64,000 nt of DNA from an uncultured Gemmatimonadaceae bacterium (GTDB taxonomy: Bacteria; Gemmatimonadota; Gemmatimonadetes; Gemmatimonadales; Gemmatimonadaceae), in NCBI GenBank assembly GCA_963781585.1, contig CAWAGQ010000005.1, forward strand, positions 382,199 through 446,198, read 5' to 3'. The notes beneath the pieces are model-generated. The model searched no databases. It had not been told where the DNA came from and saw only the letters and a list, made by a program, of their open reading frames with translations. The translations under genes and the position numbers were made by a program. This document shows positions 61,670-64,000 of the stretch, piece by piece (positions within the stretch are counted from its first letter, which is position 1; every line of letters starts with the position of its first letter).

Positions 61670-62701
61670 TCACTTCCACACGAACGCGGGATACGCATCC
61701 AGATCGCCCCGCAGGTGCCGCGCGAGGAGCCGGGCCTGCAGGTGGATCAGCAGCCCGACCGTCGTCTCTTCTCCGAGGAACGGATGAGTGATCGCATCCT
61801 GCTTTCGTTTCTGGTACGCCGTGAGGACCACTTTCCTGGTCTCGTCGCTCATCTCAACTCCACCGGTCTCAGTCGTCGCGAATCCGTCCGCGCGGACCTG
61901 TTGTCGATTGATCAGCGTCAGGACAATGCGGTCGGCCATGAACGGCCGGAACTCCTCGATGAGATCCAGCGCAAGCCCCGGACGCCCAGGGCGGTCCCGG
62001 TGCAGGAAGCCCACCTGACTGTCGAGCCCGACTGCCTCACACGCCGCGCGGGCGTCGTGGCCGAGCATGGCGTACAAGAACGACAGCAACGCGTTCACCG
62101 GATCCAGCGGCGGACGCCGGCTGCGCGCGCTGAACCTGAACGCGTCGCGCTGGGAGGTGATGAGTTCCCCGAACACTCCGAAATACGCACTGGCGCTTTC
62201 TCCCTCGAGGCCCCGGATCAAATCAAGGCTATCGGCCAGCTCCAGCTGACGCAGGATGCCGGCAAGCCGTGCGACAGCCGCCTCCACAGCCCCTCGACCA
62301 CCCGCCCCCGGATTGTCACGCAGGCTCCTGAGCAACACGGTGCGCGCGTTCGCGATCTTGGCGGCAATCAGATTGCGGGCGATGGCGGCGCAGCTCAGTT
62401 CGTTGTCAGCCCGGCGGTACTGCTCCCGCCGCAGCAGCACGTTGCCCGGCGTGAATCCAACGACACGGGCCAGGAACTTCCCCTGCTCGCTGAGAAACGA
62501 GATGGCCACACCGAATTCCGCGCACTTGTGCATCAGCCATGGGCTGACGTTGACGCGTCCGAAGCAGACGATGCCGCCAAGCGTGTGGAGGGGGAGCTGA
62601 AGCCTTGTCTCATCCTCCACCTTTACCTGCACCGCCTCCCCGTACTGGGAGAGGTAGGCGCCCTGGGTCGTCACGAACAAGGTGTTCAAGTGCTGCTTCA
62701 T
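61670..62701 (-). CDS. cas1: Cas1 (type I-C)
   Basis: LNTLFVTTQGAYL, GNVLLRREQYR, RRPPLDPVNALLSF, LALDLIEEFR; 343 aa. Confidence 0.97.
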   Translation of the reverse strand: MKQHLNTLFVTTQGAYLSQYGEAVQVKVEDETRLQLPLHTLGGIVCFGRVNVSPWLMHKCAEFGVAISFLSEQGKFLARVVGFTPGNVLLRREQYRRADNELSCAAIARNLIAAKIANARTVLLRSLRDNPGAGGRGAVEAAVARLAGILRQLELADSLDLIRGLEGESASAYFGVFGELITSQRDAFRFSARSRRPPLDPVNALLSFLYAMLGHDARAACEAVGLDSQVGFLHRDRPGRPGLALDLIEEFRPFMADRIVLTLINRQQVRADGFATTETGGVEMSDETRKVVLTAYQKRKQDAITHPFLGEETTVGLLIHLQARLLARHLRGDLDAYPAFVWK

Positions 62702-62711
62702 GCCGCGATCC

Positions 62712-63386
62712 TCAGCTCTCCGCCAAACTCGCGCTCAGGGCGCGAGCAAAGTATCGAGCCGCCGACGCTCTCTCCATGGCTTCGGGAAGGCACACGTTCA
62801 GGAGCGAGCAATTCCTGCACTTGGGCTCCCTCACGGCCGCTGGAGTGCGTCCCGTCGCGATCAGCGTGTGGAGTCGCCGCGCCGAGTCTTCTGTCAACTG
62901 ACGCAGCGCGTCGTCGAACTGAACTTCCTCGCGGCGGCGCGGCTGACCGTAGAACAACGCACCGGCCGGTACGGAGATCGCCATCGTTTCCTCCAGACAG
63001 AGGGCCTGGGCGCACAGCTGGACGCGGTCCGCGTCATGCCGTTTGCGTCGGCCGCGCTTGTACTCCACAGGGAATGGCGAAGGCTGTGCCGCACCCGATG
63101 TCGGGTGGAATTCCACCACATCGGTCTTGCCGACGAGGCCGAGGCGGAACGAGCGGATCGCGAGACCCCGGGCGATCCGCACCCCTGCGCGCGTGTCGCT
63201 GGAACCCTCGTGCGCCTTGTCGTGCAAGTGCCGGCCTTCCACCGTGAGGCGGTTCTCAGCCCAGAGTCCCTCGATGTGGATCAGTGCGCACTGCCGCTCG
63301 CAGAACAGCAGGTGCTGGAGGGCGGAGATCGGGAGGAGATCGTCCTCAGTGAACGGCGCCCGCGTTGGCTGCTCACGACCGCTCAT
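62712..63386 (-). CDS. cas4: Cas4 RecB-like nuclease
   Basis: ISALQHLLFCERQCALIH, DVVEF, PVEYKRG, QLCAQALCLEE, CRNCSLLNVC. Confidence 0.96.
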   Translation of the reverse strand: MSGREQPTRAPFTEDDLLPISALQHLLFCERQCALIHIEGLWAENRLTVEGRHLHDKAHEGSSDTRAGVRIARGLAIRSFRLGLVGKTDVVEFHPTSGAAQPSPFPVEYKRGRRKRHDADRVQLCAQALCLEETMAISVPAGALFYGQPRRREEVQFDDALRQLTEDSARRLHTLIATGRTPAAVREPKCRNCSLLNVCLPEAMERASAARYFARALSASLAES

Positions 63387-63726
63387 GCTTTCCCTCGAGC
63401 AGCTGCTCGGCGGCCCGCTGGAGCGCTGGCAGTTTCGTCTGAATCACGTCCCACACGATCTCGGAATCCACGGAATCGTATCCGTGAATCAAGCGGTTCC
63501 GGAATGCGATGATGGACTGGGCTCCGGGGACGCGGGCGAACGCTGCCGGGTGACCATCGCGCAACCGCGTCATCGCCTCGCCGATGATCTCAAACTGCCG
63601 CTCGCAGGCCGAGCGGAGCATGTCATCGACTTCGTAATCCTGGAGGGAGCGATTGCGACTGAATCGGCTGATCGTCGCAGCAGCGGTGACGATGTCGTGC
63701 AGCAGCTTTCTGGGGTCACCAGGCAT
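63373..63726 (-). CDS. HepT-like HEPN ribonuclease toxin (DUF86)
   Basis: ERQFEIIGEA, FRNRLIHGY (Rx4H plus Tyr), EIVWD. Confidence 0.9.
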   Translation of the reverse strand: MPGDPRKLLHDIVTAAATISRFSRNRSLQDYEVDDMLRSACERQFEIIGEAMTRLRDGHPAAFARVPGAQSIIAFRNRLIHGYDSVDSEIVWDVIQTKLPALQRAAEQLLEGKHERS

Positions 63727-64000
63727 AAACCGGGGTCCGGGTAGCCTCGACGGCCTGTCGAAAGTACGGATTGCGGATCGAGCGTTCGGTGAGGAGGTCC
63801 ACGGGACGGCCGAAGAGGCGTTCGAGATCCTCCGCCAAGCCGAGGTATCTGTCTGCCACGCTTTTCCCGGGCTGCTCCCGGAAGACGACCACGAAATCGA
63901 GGTCACTGGCGCCCGGTCGCCACTCGGTGGTGGTTCCAGATCCAAAAATGTCAAGCCGGGCGACGCCGTACTTCTCGCACAGCGCGGCGAGCGGGGCGCG
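63716..64000 (-). CDS. MntA-like minimal nucleotidyltransferase antitoxin (5'-partial; absent from ORF track)
   Basis: Manual translation: ...LCEKYGVARLDIFGSGTTTEWRPGASDLDFVV...LFGRPVDLLT...NPYF. Confidence 0.9.
   Translation of the reverse strand, partial: RAPLAALCEKYGVARLDIFGSGTTTEWRPGASDLDFVVVFREQPGKSVADRYLGLAEDLERLFGRPVDLLTERSIRNPYFRQAVEATRTPVYAW

Noticed and set aside
1..64000. tRNA, rRNA, riboswitch, IS or prophage
   Set aside because: None recognised; a covariance-model search would be needed to exclude small RNAs in intergenic gaps such as 43494-43799

Overview
High-GC bacterial chromosomal segment. The gene content (TonB/SusC-like proteins, carboxypeptidase-regulatory-like proteins, ECF/anti-sigma pairs) suggests Gemmatimonadota, but this is inference. 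From left to right: (i) 1-11 kb holds housekeeping and small genes (M3 oligoendopeptidase, DinB, YbjQ, a small basic AP2-like protein, a Zn-finger protein coupled to AlaX, a PEBP, DUF485-ActP). (ii) 11-27.5 kb is a co-directional cluster joining alpha-glucan genes (glgP, glgA, two GH57) to two esterases, three different amidoligases (RimK-like ATP-grasp, circularly permuted ATP-grasp, GCS2/YbdK) and a C26 gamma-glutamyl hydrolase. (iii) 27.5-57.5 kb holds TonB, a Ser/Thr dehydratase, a Tat-exported LanC-like protein with a PLP decarboxylase, a hybrid kinase, tkt, a DGC, VIT-vWA/ECF/anti-sigma, tyrA, a phosphoesterase and a FecI/FecR/TBDT module. (iv) 57.8-64 kb holds vapBC, a 45-repeat CRISPR array, its leader, type I-C cas2-cas1-cas4, and an MNT-HEPN pair coupled to cas4; effector genes lie outside the window. 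Main oddities: the spacers are unusually short (24-33 nt), resemble each other and contain repeat fragments; the non-palindromic 7-mer CGTTAGG/CCTAACG is dispersed through the window; 7-bp tandem arrays sit in a consistent orientation at gene ends. At least six single-base frameshifts point to long-read assembly error, which limits how far the spacer anomalies can be trusted. All family calls come from motif recognition by eye, not database searches.
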